A stretch of 64,000 nucleotides of DNA from Deltaproteobacteria bacterium (GTDB taxonomy: Bacteria; Myxococcota; SpSt-1050): assembly GCA_026416535.1 (NCBI GenBank), contig JAOAFA010000098.1:12362-76361 (forward strand). Reading direction: 5' to 3'. Below are positions 8,545 to 18,347 of this stretch, piece by piece (within the stretch, counting starts at the first letter, position 1; each line of letters begins with the position of its first letter). The position numbers and the translations under genes are program-made. The notes under the pieces were generated by a model. It was not told where the DNA came from, did no database searches, and saw nothing but the letters and a program-made list of their open reading frames with translations.

Positions 8545-11500
8545 TTATTCCTCGGGTGATTTTTCTTTATCCTGCGGTTCGGATACTTCTTCGTCTGACT
8601 CTTTCTCAGTCTCTCCCTCACCTTCTTCCTTACCCTCCTCCTTTGATTTCTTACCCTCTTCCTTTTTCACTTCTTCCTTGGTTTTCTCCTCTTTTTTGGG
8701 GGGTTCTTCTACTTTTGTCGTTAATGATGGATAGAACAACTGCCCATAGAAATATTCTTTGGCTACATATCTTGTTTCTGGAAGATCGGGATAAGAGCCA
8801 GGTTTGTATCCGTCTAACCTTTCTTGTGCTATCCTGGAATACTCGTTATAAATACTCAGCTCATACGATTTAGCAAGGCTTTTTTCATATGCCTCTATAG
8901 CCTTCTCTTCAACTGGAAAGGCCATATTTTGAAGCTCGGCAATATATATCTCTTTTTGTTCTTCATTTAAGTTTTTAGGAATAGGCGCCTCCAGCAATGT
9001 CTTTGTAAAATCCTGGTACATCATACCTATACGACATAGAGCAGCAATACCAACATCCCCTTGTCCCATTTGCAGAATAGCTGTATATTCTTTAACCAAC
9101 TTATCAAGCTTTTCTGCCTTCTCTTTTAATTGTTTTTTCATTACACTCTCAGGGAGCTGAAGTTTTAATGACATATAGTTCTTAAAGGCAGAATCAGTAA
9201 GTAAAAATCTGGCGTTTGCTATGTAGTAAAAAGTCTTCTCACTTGCATCACCTTTTTTCAACTTTTCAGCAATTTTCAAAAGTGCCTGTAGTTCCTTTTC
9301 ATAGGCAGGTATTTGCCCCAGCTTTTTGTAAATCATCGCCATTTCATATTGGGCTTCAATTATATCAGCTATGTTGGCCTCCTTAGGTTTTCCCACAATA
9401 CCTTTGTATATAGCCTTTGCCTTTTCATAGTCTTTCATTTCATTGTATATTGAAGCAATTTTCATCTGCACCTGAATAACATCTTTATTTGTGGGAAATG
9501 CCTTAATATAAGTCTGATAATTTGCAATTGCCCCCTTTAGGTCACCAGTCGCCTCTCTAAACAAAGCAGCGTTATAAATAGCATCTCCTGCCTCCTTGGT
9601 CTTTTTCTTTAGTTTTTCAAAATAAATCTCATAATATTTGCTAGCATTCACAAAATCAGCAATCTTCTCATAATAATAGCCAAGCTTATAAAAAGTCGGC
9701 TCATAAAACTCTGACTTCGGAAACTTCTCAACCAAAAGTAGAGCAGCTTCGATGGCTTTATCTATATACTTAGCGTCTGCAAATAGGATATGTGCGTTAT
9801 TTAATGCTCTATCCGTATGCTTGGCTTGAGGATATTTATTAACATAATCTCTAAACGCAACTGCGGCATCAAGAGTCTTCCCCTTCTTTTGCATGTCGAT
9901 TATCATATTAAAAGCAGACCCCTCAATCACTTCCTGTAAATGAGCTTGATAAAGCTTGTTCTTTTCAGCTGGATCCTTTTGAGATGCAAGCGGTTTAATC
10001 TTTATAAATTTACTTGCCCAAAAAAACAGAGATGCCCAATCCTCTTTTATCTCATAGGAGTTTAAAATCATATCTGCAGCGCCAAGGGCAAATTTATTGT
10101 CTGGGAATTTCTCAATAAATTCCCCAAACCTCTTTGATGCCTCATCAAAATGATTGTACTTATAATAAATAGTAGCAGCCTTAAATTTAACTGCAAAAAA
10201 TTCTTTGTGATTGGGGGCGAGCTGCGTAAATTCATCACAAGCCTTAGCCAGCTCCAATTCTATCTTTGGAATCTCTTTCTTCTCATATGTCTTACCTTTC
10301 TCAAGTTTAATAAATTTCTCGACTCTCTTTACTGCTCCCTTGCTCTTCTTCTCATCAACCTTCCCCTCTTTTAGAGTTTCGGCTTTCTGACCCTTCTCCA
10401 TAATTTCTACCATTTTTTCATAGGCAAGAACCCTATTATAGGCAGCTGTCACTGAATATTTTCCCTTTGGATCCTGTTTCACCACAAGCGCATAATTAAT
10501 AGCCGCGTTTTCATAGTCTTGAAGTGCCCAAAGTATTTCGGCGTAGAAGAACCTCATAGAATAAGAATGTTCTGCCTTTGGAAAGTTATCAAGATACTCC
10601 TTATAAATATCTCTTGCAAGGGCATAGGTCTTAACATCTTTTGTCTTCTGAGCCTCTCTGTGATATTCCTGCACAATGTCTCTTAATGCCTCTTCTGTCA
10701 ACTCATAAGCCTTTTCAAGGGCAAATTTGTTTTCGGCATTTTGATTCGCCCATGGTGAATTTGGTTTATAAAGGTCTACTAATCTTCTAATCTCCTTTTT
10801 CACCATTTCAGTATTGTTTAGTTTTTTATAATTTTGAACTATATTACTTTGAAATTCAGGACACTCCGGTGCGTTTGGAAATTCATTTATAACAAGCCTA
10901 TATGTCTTTATTGCCTGGTCATACTTCCCTTGGTCATCATAGACTCTCGCAAGCGTTTTTAACAAATCTTTTAGCTTTTGCCGACCCGCTACCTTCTCCC
11001 AATAATCCTTCGCCTCATCTACTGCATCTACCTGAGAAAAGAACAATGCCAAATCATTTAATGCCTCTCTTTCAAGTCTTATCTTGGTCTTATCTCCCTC
11101 TTTTTGAGCAAATGCAACAACCTGTTTTAACTTTTCTATCCCTTTTTCATATTCCCCAAGATTATAATCACACCAAGCAAGTTTATAAAGAGCAACCACG
11201 GTTATTTTAGGATCGTTAAATGTCAAGGCCTTCTCATAGGCCTGAACGGCCTTAAATACCTCGTTATTGTTGAAAAAATGTTCTCCCAAAGAGAGATAAG
11301 CATCGGGTGCATATTTACTCTTCGGATACTTCTTAATCAACTCCCAGTAATACTTAACACCTTCATTTTTCTTCCCCATTTCATAAAGGTTGTACCCCAA
11401 TACAAATAGAACCTCGTCTTTTCTTGGGTAATCAGGATACTCTTTAATTATTTTTTCATAAATATCTAAAGCCTGTTTCCTATATAACTCTGACTGCCTA

Positions 11501-11946
11501 GTATTTATCTTTATCTTTTCGCATGCTTTCAGGTCTTTCGTTTTTTTATTACACTCATCTAATCTCTTTTCATATTCATACATCTCCTGAAAATAGACAT
11601 ATTTTGATTTCTCCCAGTAGAGCTCAGCAAGTTGAAACATAACATCAGCCTTTTTCGGACCCTTTTCAAATCTTGTAATTATGTCTTTCAGCATCTTAAT
11701 CGCCTCATCCCTCTTCTTATCCGCGAGCTCATCTCTCGAGACCTCTTTCTCCTCAGGTTTCGGCATATCAATCTTAGCCGGCCCAGCAGGGGTCTTCTTC
11801 TTCTCTTCTTTCTCTTTCTCGGCCTTCCCTTTCTTCTCTTTCTTCTCCCCCTTAGATTCCTGGGCAAAAGAAAGTGGTGAAATAAAAATGGAACAAGTAA
11901 AGAAAATCGAAATAATTAATGAAATTAAAATAGCTACTCTTTTCAT
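8545..11946 (-). CDS. gltD: GltD/AgmU (NfsD)-like large periplasmic TPR protein
   Basis: Start moved to ATG 11946 (signal peptide MKRVAIL). Motifs ADKKRDEAI, FQLAELYWEKSK, YKLAWCDYN and AFPVEEKAIEAYEK typical of AgmU/GltD. Confidence 0.85.
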   Translation of the reverse strand: MKRVAILISLIISIFFTCSIFISPLSFAQESKGEKKEKKGKAEKEKEEKKKTPAGPAKIDMPKPEEKEVSRDELADKKRDEAIKMLKDIITRFEKGPKKADVMFQLAELYWEKSKYVYFQEMYEYEKRLDECNKKTKDLKACEKIKINTRQSELYRKQALDIYEKIIKEYPDYPRKDEVLFVLGYNLYEMGKKNEGVKYYWELIKKYPKSKYAPDAYLSLGEHFFNNNEVFKAVQAYEKALTFNDPKITVVALYKLAWCDYNLGEYEKGIEKLKQVVAFAQKEGDKTKIRLEREALNDLALFFSQVDAVDEAKDYWEKVAGRQKLKDLLKTLARVYDDQGKYDQAIKTYRLVINEFPNAPECPEFQSNIVQNYKKLNNTEMVKKEIRRLVDLYKPNSPWANQNAENKFALEKAYELTEEALRDIVQEYHREAQKTKDVKTYALARDIYKEYLDNFPKAEHSYSMRFFYAEILWALQDYENAAINYALVVKQDPKGKYSVTAAYNRVLAYEKMVEIMEKGQKAETLKEGKVDEKKSKGAVKRVEKFIKLEKGKTYEKKEIPKIELELAKACDEFTQLAPNHKEFFAVKFKAATIYYKYNHFDEASKRFGEFIEKFPDNKFALGAADMILNSYEIKEDWASLFFWASKFIKIKPLASQKDPAEKNKLYQAHLQEVIEGSAFNMIIDMQKKGKTLDAAVAFRDYVNKYPQAKHTDRALNNAHILFADAKYIDKAIEAALLLVEKFPKSEFYEPTFYKLGYYYEKIADFVNASKYYEIYFEKLKKKTKEAGDAIYNAALFREATGDLKGAIANYQTYIKAFPTNKDVIQVQMKIASIYNEMKDYEKAKAIYKGIVGKPKEANIADIIEAQYEMAMIYKKLGQIPAYEKELQALLKIAEKLKKGDASEKTFYYIANARFLLTDSAFKNYMSLKLQLPESVMKKQLKEKAEKLDKLVKEYTAILQMGQGDVGIAALCRIGMMYQDFTKTLLEAPIPKNLNEEQKEIYIAELQNMAFPVEEKAIEAYEKSLAKSYELSIYNEYSRIAQERLDGYKPGSYPDLPETRYVAKEYFYGQLFYPSLTTKVEEPPKKEEKTKEEVKKEEGKKSKEEGKEEGEGETEKESDEEVSEPQDKEKSPEE

Positions 11947-11956
11947 AGTTACACTC

Positions 11957-13534
11957 TCACTTTTTACATTCATCTCTTAGTAAATAATAATAATATCCAA
12001 ACTCATCTTTCCAATATTCCCCGTTAAAGTCATAAAAATCGACTTTGTCAGAATCAACCTTTGGTCTTTTTAATTTTGGCTTTTTACTTACCTGAGTTAC
12101 CCCTTGTTTTACATCTTGTACCTCCCCCGAGGACTGAAGAAGTTTCCTCTGGGCATTAACAGTTTCAAAATCAATAAGCTGTGCCTGATTAAGAAAATCT
12201 ATGAGAGAATCATGTAAATCCACAAGCCTAATCTGAATCCACTTACCGACTATCTTTACAAGGAGTTCTCTTTGTTGCCTGATATTACCTCTGATAAAAT
12301 TACCTATCCGAGAATCCTTAAACGAGGCTATCTTATTAGTCATATCACTTTCTTTGTCAAGCTCTAGTATAAAATAGATAAATTTTTGCAATCTCGGATT
12401 TTTCAACAAAAATCTTCTAACTTCCTGTGGTATCTCAGTCTTTTCAGAAATAGCTGTACTTATCATCATATCAAAAAAGTACTCTGGTGGTTTTGTGGGG
12501 TCTGAGACAATAGGTTTTAATTTATCGGGCATTTCTTTATATCTCCTATAAAACTCCTCTAATGTCTCCTTTGCCTCATCATAAAGGCAATTCTCGAAAT
12601 AAACTGTTGCTCTTAATATATAAGTTTCAGGGAAGAACTGTTCTTTCAAACCAGGAGCCAACAATGTATGAGTTGCACCTATAGCCCTACCGTAGTCCTT
12701 TAACTGATAGTATGTCCATCCACCTTCAAAAACAGAGTCAATCCATTCAGAGTCAAATCTTTCGATCATCTCATAATATTTTGCAGCTTCTTGGTACATA
12801 CCTAGAGAATAATAATTTCTTGCAAGACCCATAATAGCCAAATTTCTAACTAATATAAGGTCTCTATCAGCTACAAGGTTAGTATTTTTTACAAGTTTCC
12901 CTTCCTTAAATGGAAGCGCATTGTATATTTCCAGAAATATTTCATTAGCCTCCTCTACCTTTTGTGCCCTCACTCTTAATATAGCCTTTATGTACAAACC
13001 TTTGTAAAAATATTTACTATCTCTACCTATTACATCAAAAAACCTTTCAGCCTCCCCTACTCTACCTTTCCTAAAAGACAGTTCCCCTACTAAATAATTA
13101 ATATGATTTAAAGTTTCTGGTGGTAGCTTTTGAAATTCAGGCGAGTAGTACCTTAGAAGCAATTCAGGTATTACAAGATCATCCTTTAACTTACGAGCTG
13201 CTTCAGAAAGACCTTCTATAGCTTTGAGGTAAAATGGATGATTTGCCCCAGTCTTTAAAATACTTGCAAAAAAGTATACAGAGGGCCCATATAATCCTAT
13301 CTTGGATAATGAAGATCCCACGAAATACTCCGCAGCTAATTGATTTGCTTGATTTGTATCATTTTCATACACATCAAAGAACTTATAAGCTGCTGAGACA
13401 TAATTACCAACGTTATACTCATCTATTATTTTTTTAACCGAAGCTGATAATTTTAGTTCTTCCTCCTTTTTTTGTGCGTTCAAAACCGAGAGAGATATAA
13501 AAAAGATTGCAACAAAGATTGTAAATTTTCTCAT
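11957..13534 (-). CDS. gltC: GltC (NfsC)-like TPR protein
   Basis: Signal peptide, TPRs, FPETYILRATVYFENC and C-terminal FNGEYWKDEFGYY...C signature. Confidence 0.85.
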   Translation of the reverse strand: MRKFTIFVAIFFISLSVLNAQKKEEELKLSASVKKIIDEYNVGNYVSAAYKFFDVYENDTNQANQLAAEYFVGSSLSKIGLYGPSVYFFASILKTGANHPFYLKAIEGLSEAARKLKDDLVIPELLLRYYSPEFQKLPPETLNHINYLVGELSFRKGRVGEAERFFDVIGRDSKYFYKGLYIKAILRVRAQKVEEANEIFLEIYNALPFKEGKLVKNTNLVADRDLILVRNLAIMGLARNYYSLGMYQEAAKYYEMIERFDSEWIDSVFEGGWTYYQLKDYGRAIGATHTLLAPGLKEQFFPETYILRATVYFENCLYDEAKETLEEFYRRYKEMPDKLKPIVSDPTKPPEYFFDMMISTAISEKTEIPQEVRRFLLKNPRLQKFIYFILELDKESDMTNKIASFKDSRIGNFIRGNIRQQRELLVKIVGKWIQIRLVDLHDSLIDFLNQAQLIDFETVNAQRKLLQSSGEVQDVKQGVTQVSKKPKLKRPKVDSDKVDFYDFNGEYWKDEFGYYYYLLRDECKK

Positions 13535-13552
13535 TATACTCCCTCCTCCACC

Positions 13553-14275
13553 TTAAAAGAGGAACGATAGATATGCCATAGATAACACAAGTCTATGTTG
13601 CGCAGAATTTGATGGAGGTTCAGGTTTGTTCTTTTCCCCCTCAAACCAACTTTCATCGGCTTTTACGGTATAACCAAAATATCTACATTCAAACTTTAGG
13701 TCCACATACTTATTTTTCTTTTCACCAAATTTAAAAAGATGCAATTGCATACCACCTGCTAGTGTATAAACAGGTTTTGTCCCATAGGATCTCTCAGTGT
13801 CATTTTGGTAATTTGTTGCTACTATGTTGCCAACTCCTCCACCTCCACTAAGGTAAATATGATAATTAAAAGCCGCTTCCGAAAATAGGCTCAGTTTCCC
13901 GTAGATCGGGTATACAACCAGTTCTCCACCGGTCAACCACTTTGTTCTTGTCCTCTCAGGTTCATGAGCAGCCATACCCATTTTTCTCAATTCCTTTGAT
14001 AAATTAGTCTCAGAGCTCATAGTATATAAAAAGAACCCCCCCAACCCTAAAAAATCAAAAGGGTGAAATATCAATTTCCCCGCAGCTGGCACAAGTGATT
14101 GAGAATACCTATCGGCAACAGAAATCCCCCCACCAAAGCCAACCTCCAACTTCATATCAAGTGGGAATGCCTTCTTTTGAAGAACCTTTATACTTTCATT
14201 TTCACTTCCATATATATATCCGATACCTCCTACTGTTATTAATAAACATAAAAAGGTAAAGCAAAATCTATTCAT
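13553..14275 (-). CDS. GltA/GltB (NfsA/B)-like outer-membrane beta-barrel
   Basis: Signal peptide, VLQKK, YPIYGKLSLF motif, terminal SFLF; first gene of the glt-like operon with an AGGAGG RBS. Confidence 0.8.
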   Translation of the reverse strand: MNRFCFTFLCLLITVGGIGYIYGSENESIKVLQKKAFPLDMKLEVGFGGGISVADRYSQSLVPAAGKLIFHPFDFLGLGGFFLYTMSSETNLSKELRKMGMAAHEPERTRTKWLTGGELVVYPIYGKLSLFSEAAFNYHIYLSGGGGVGNIVATNYQNDTERSYGTKPVYTLAGGMQLHLFKFGEKKNKYVDLKFECRYFGYTVKADESWFEGEKNKPEPPSNSAQHRLVLSMAYLSFLF

Positions 14276-14372
14276 CTCTTCCTCCTAACGGAATTGTTAT
14301 GGATTTGGTAAATACCATATTTGCAAAAATCAAGTCAATAAAAATCCTAAGAAAACTAAATTTTATTAGACT

Positions 14373-15032
14373 TTAGTGTTTGTGCTTAACTGTTTTCTTA
14401 ACAGATTTTCTAATTTCAACTACTCCACCTGCAGGTCCAGGCACAGCCCCTTCAACATAAAGAAGGTTATTTTTTGGATCTATTTTATAAATCTTCATAT
14501 GTTGAATCGTCACTTGTTCATTTCCATAATGGCCGGCCATTTTTTTACCTTTCATAACCCTTCCAGGCCATTCTCTATTACCAATAGAACCGGGATGCCT
14601 CCTATAAAAATGTGTTCCCCTTGTCATTGGGAATCCTGCGAAGTTCCATCTCTTCATAACGCCTGTAAAACCTCTCCCCTTTGTCCTTCCCGTCACATCT
14701 ACAAATTCGCCTTTTGTAAATATCGAATCAACTCTTATCTCCTGACCAATCTGATATGAATCGAGAGACGTCTTATCAATCCTAAATTCCCTCAAATACT
14801 TATGAGGAGCAACATTAAGCTTTTTAAAATAGCCTTCGAGCGGTTTAGTCAGCCTTTTAGGTTTTTCTATTTCATAACCAAGCTGAAGAGCAGTATAGCC
14901 ATCTTTCTCCATGGTCCTCTTGTTTACAACAGTACAAGGTCCTGCCACAATCACTGTTACATTGTGGGCATTCCCATACTCATCAAAGAGAGTTGTCATA
15001 CCCGCCTTCTTACCTAAAATGCCTGTTAACAT
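14373..15032 (-). CDS. rplC: 50S ribosomal protein L3 (uL3), outside an S10 operon
   Basis: GKKAGMT, DGYTALQLG, VDVTGRTKGRGFTGVMKRWNF, HPGSIG, PGRVMKGKKMAGHYG, GAVPGP. Confidence 0.97.
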   Translation of the reverse strand: MLTGILGKKAGMTTLFDEYGNAHNVTVIVAGPCTVVNKRTMEKDGYTALQLGYEIEKPKRLTKPLEGYFKKLNVAPHKYLREFRIDKTSLDSYQIGQEIRVDSIFTKGEFVDVTGRTKGRGFTGVMKRWNFAGFPMTRGTHFYRRHPGSIGNREWPGRVMKGKKMAGHYGNEQVTIQHMKIYKIDPKNNLLYVEGAVPGPAGGVVEIRKSVKKTVKHKH

Positions 15033-15047
15033 TGTATCCTCCTTACA

Positions 15048-16361
15048 TTATCTATGAAGATTCTTAATAAAATCCACACCGGCAAATACACCGTTACCTT
15101 TCAACTCTTCTTCAATCCTAATAAGTTGGTTATATTTAGCCAGACGCTCCGAACGGGATAAAGAACCTGTCTTAATCATGCCACATCCCATAGCTACTGT
15201 AAAATCAGAAATAAAGGTGTCTTCAGTCTCACCTGATCTATGAGATACAATCGCCGTATATCCTGCTCGCTTCGCAAGATTAATAGTATCTATGGTCTCA
15301 CTTACAGAACCTATCTGATTTAACTTAATTAAAATAGAATTTGTAACCCCTCTTTTAATTCCCTCTTTCAGTCGGTTTATATTGGTGACAAACAGATCAT
15401 CCCCTACTAATTGTATCTTGGATCCAAGTTTCTCTGTAAGTATTCTCCACCCTTCCCAATCATCTTCTGCCATCCCATCTTCAATCGACACAATAGGGAA
15501 TTCCTCAACCAATTTGACATAAAATTCTGCCATACCAAGCGAGTCCATATCTCTTCCTTCCGTCTTCATTTCATAGACCCTCTTTTCCTCATTGAAAAAC
15601 TCACTCGCCGCCGCATCAAGTGCTAGAAAAACATCCTTACCTACTTTAAGTCCTGCCTTTTCTACTGCGGACATAATAAGCGTCAACGCCTCTCTTGTAT
15701 TAGAGACTTTTGGAGAAAATCCTCCTTCATCACCAACTGCTACACCAAGCCCATTAGATTTAAGAATAGACTTGAGAGAATGGAATACCTCAGAACCATA
15801 TCTGATCGCCTCGGCAAAGCTTTTCGCACCCGCAGGGACAATCATAAATTCTTGAAATTCAAGTGGGTTATCCCCATGTTTACCTCCATTTAATATATTC
15901 ATAAAAGGAGTAGGTAATATAAAGCTGTTGACCCCGCCCAAATATCTGTAGAGTGGGATCCCAAGGGCACAGGCAGACGCTCTCGCTACTGCCATAGAAA
16001 TCGATAGAATAGCATTTGCACCAACCTTGCTTTTATTGGGCGTACCATCATATTCAATCATAATTTTATCTATTTCTCTTTGCTCCGTAGCTGGAATTCT
16101 TTTTGGTAATATCACAGCACTCGCCATTATATTTACATTTTCCACTGCCTTTTTCACACCCTTTCCCAAATATCGCGCTTTATCCTCATCCCTTAGCTCC
16201 AATGCCTCATGAACACCCGTGGAGGCACCTGAGGGGACGGCAGCCCTTCCAATTACTCCACACTCAAGTACTACATCTGTCTCTATAGTAGGGAAGCCCC
16301 TAGAATCTAATATCTCCCTTGACCTTATCTCCACGATCCTTAAATCTCTATCGTTTCTCAT
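15048..16361 (-). CDS. eno: Enolase
   Basis: [53 protein letters not shown]. Confidence 0.99.
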   Translation of the reverse strand: MRNDRDLRIVEIRSREILDSRGFPTIETDVVLECGVIGRAAVPSGASTGVHEALELRDEDKARYLGKGVKKAVENVNIMASAVILPKRIPATEQREIDKIMIEYDGTPNKSKVGANAILSISMAVARASACALGIPLYRYLGGVNSFILPTPFMNILNGGKHGDNPLEFQEFMIVPAGAKSFAEAIRYGSEVFHSLKSILKSNGLGVAVGDEGGFSPKVSNTREALTLIMSAVEKAGLKVGKDVFLALDAAASEFFNEEKRVYEMKTEGRDMDSLGMAEFYVKLVEEFPIVSIEDGMAEDDWEGWRILTEKLGSKIQLVGDDLFVTNINRLKEGIKRGVTNSILIKLNQIGSVSETIDTINLAKRAGYTAIVSHRSGETEDTFISDFTVAMGCGMIKTGSLSRSERLAKYNQLIRIEEELKGNGVFAGVDFIKNLHR

Positions 16362-16379
16362 AACTTACCTCCACAATTC

Positions 16380-17057
16380 TTATTTCAATTTTATAGAGTG
16401 AACAGGTGCGAGTTCAAATCCTGTTATTTGCCACTTGTCACCTGCCCTCTTTAAATGAACTAAATACTTGACCTCTCCAGTAACACTAGAGGATGGATAC
16501 CACTCTCTCCTAGAGAGAATAATATCTGTATTGTCTGCATCCTTTGGTAATACATCTAGCACATTAAAACTCTCAACGCTCATTCCAGTTCTTCTATCCT
16601 TGACTGAGACAGCATTTAAAAACTTCTCGTCAGCTTTGCCTGATGCAAAGAATGAATCAATCCCTTCATAATCTTCAATTAACATCTTATCTAAAAGAGG
16701 TCTTATACTATCAGTAATCTTTTTCTTAAGTTCTTCCCTTGTAAAGTATTCTTTAGCAAACTTACCAAGCTTTGAATCTGGGAATTTCTCTGAAAAAGTC
16801 TTCATTACTTCTAAATCATCCTTTTCTATACTTGTAAAATCTCTCGTATTTGTTTTAATAATATTGTAAATTCTGTCAAATGCCTTTTCGGTAAATTGAG
16901 ATGAAGGGAAATTCACTACTATATCAACATAATTTCTAAGCGCACATTTACTATCTCCGAATTTTTCACATCTTTGAGCTTCATTAAATCTATTCTGAGC
17001 CTTATCGCAAGCCAAAAGAGTAAAAGCCATTGCCATTATCCACATAAACTTAATCAT
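16380..17057 (-). CDS. Hypothetical lipoprotein (TPR-like N-half, possible NTF2-like C-half)
   Basis: Lipobox LLAC, GGAGG RBS; C-terminal YLVHLKRAGDKWQITGF resembles NTF2-like ends. Confidence 0.6.
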   Translation of the reverse strand: MIKFMWIMAMAFTLLACDKAQNRFNEAQRCEKFGDSKCALRNYVDIVVNFPSSQFTEKAFDRIYNIIKTNTRDFTSIEKDDLEVMKTFSEKFPDSKLGKFAKEYFTREELKKKITDSIRPLLDKMLIEDYEGIDSFFASGKADEKFLNAVSVKDRRTGMSVESFNVLDVLPKDADNTDIILSRREWYPSSSVTGEVKYLVHLKRAGDKWQITGFELAPVHSIKLK

Positions 17058-17162
17058 CTCTATACCCTCCTATAACTTTAAGACTCCCTTACCTACCCTC
17101 CCCAAAAATATGGATTTAATCCCTAACACATAACTAATAAAATAGCAATAAAAAGAATAAAC

Positions 17163-17900
17163 CTAAAATCTAATTACCTCTATGTCTCCTGATGCTGCAA
17201 ATTTATCACCCACTACAATCAAAATCCCCATTACAAATGGATTTTTCATAGCCCTCTCAGCAACCCTCTCTATATCGTCATCCTTCTTTACCATATTACC
17301 AAAGGCTGTTGCCGCCGCATCTGAGAGAGCTGCACTCTTAGTTATAACCACACACGCATCAGTTATGCCAAAGCTCTTAGATGGACCCACAGTAGCCGAT
17401 GAAGTACAAATCCCCAATGGCTGATTAAGTCGATTTATCCTTATCCCTATCCTCTGAGATAAAGGAGATTCTCCCGCAAATATCATAACATCCCTTCTCC
17501 TTTTGGTATACATAAATATATCACCACCATTTTCTACTATAACCTCTTTGCGATCTTCCTCCAGCTGATTTAAAATAAACAGTCCTACCAGTTCAGCTAT
17601 TGCCCCAGCCACAGCCGCCATAGGACCAACTCCGACTTGACTGGAGCTCATTGCCATCAATAAAGCTATTGGAGGCATGTTCTTTTCAATTGATATAGGT
17701 GTAAGAGTTTCAAAAAATATGGGGTTCCGGTTAATATAATCCTCAAGATCTCTTCTTATCTCACTCAGATATCTCTCAACATCTTCCGAAAAATCCTCGG
17801 GAGACAATATAAACAAATCGGATTCCTTAATCTTTACCTCAAATTTTATCAGGTCCGAGGGATTAGAGACTCGCCTGTAGAATCTATCAATATATTCCAT
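17163..17900 (-). CDS. UPF0280 / COG2122 (ApbE superfamily) protein
   Basis: VGPMAAVAGAIAE, VENGGDI, GICTSSATVGPSKSFG, AALSDAAAT; downstream of DUF39 and NIL-ferredoxin. Confidence 0.9.
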   Translation of the reverse strand: MEYIDRFYRRVSNPSDLIKFEVKIKESDLFILSPEDFSEDVERYLSEIRRDLEDYINRNPIFFETLTPISIEKNMPPIALLMAMSSSQVGVGPMAAVAGAIAELVGLFILNQLEEDRKEVIVENGGDIFMYTKRRRDVMIFAGESPLSQRIGIRINRLNQPLGICTSSATVGPSKSFGITDACVVITKSAALSDAAATAFGNMVKKDDDIERVAERAMKNPFVMGILIVVGDKFAASGDIEVIRF

Positions 17901-18347
17901 TTAGAAAGTAATACTGATTGCTCTCATAGGACATGCGTGAATACACATCTCACAGAGAACACACCTATTAGAATCAAATATGAGTTCAAATGTCTCTTTA
18001 TCAATAGACAAAGCCTGAGAACGGCATACAGATGTGCAGGCACCACAATCGATGCAATTTTCTTCATCCCTAATTATCTCTTTACTAATCGGTTCGATCT
18101 TTACACCGAGTGATTTTAAAAAGCTAAAACCCTTTTGAATCTTCTTCTCATCAGTAGAAGAAAATTCCACAACAAGTTTACCAGTTTCATTAGGTAAGAC
18201 CTTTGCAAACAATATATTTATGGCTATATCATATTCCTTAATCAATCTATACATAACTGGTTTGCTGACCAATCTTCGAGAAAAAGTAAGCATAACCCTT
18301 TTAGTAAAGACATCTTTTTGATTTTTCCCCTTTACATCTCTCTTCAT
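17901..18347 (-). CDS. NIL domain plus 2x[4Fe-4S] ferredoxin (partner of the DUF39 sulfurtransferase)
   Basis: INILFAKV NIL motif; CIDCGACTSVC and CVLCEMCIHACP clusters; ATGA overlap with the DUF39 gene. Confidence 0.92.
   Translation of the reverse strand: MKRDVKGKNQKDVFTKRVMLTFSRRLVSKPVMYRLIKEYDIAINILFAKVLPNETGKLVVEFSSTDEKKIQKGFSFLKSLGVKIEPISKEIIRDEENCIDCGACTSVCRSQALSIDKETFELIFDSNRCVLCEMCIHACPMRAISITF

Noticed and set aside
8523-8621. N-terminal extension of the gltE-like ORF
   Set aside because: It overlaps the gltD 3' end; the lipoprotein signal peptide and RBS fit ATG 8522.
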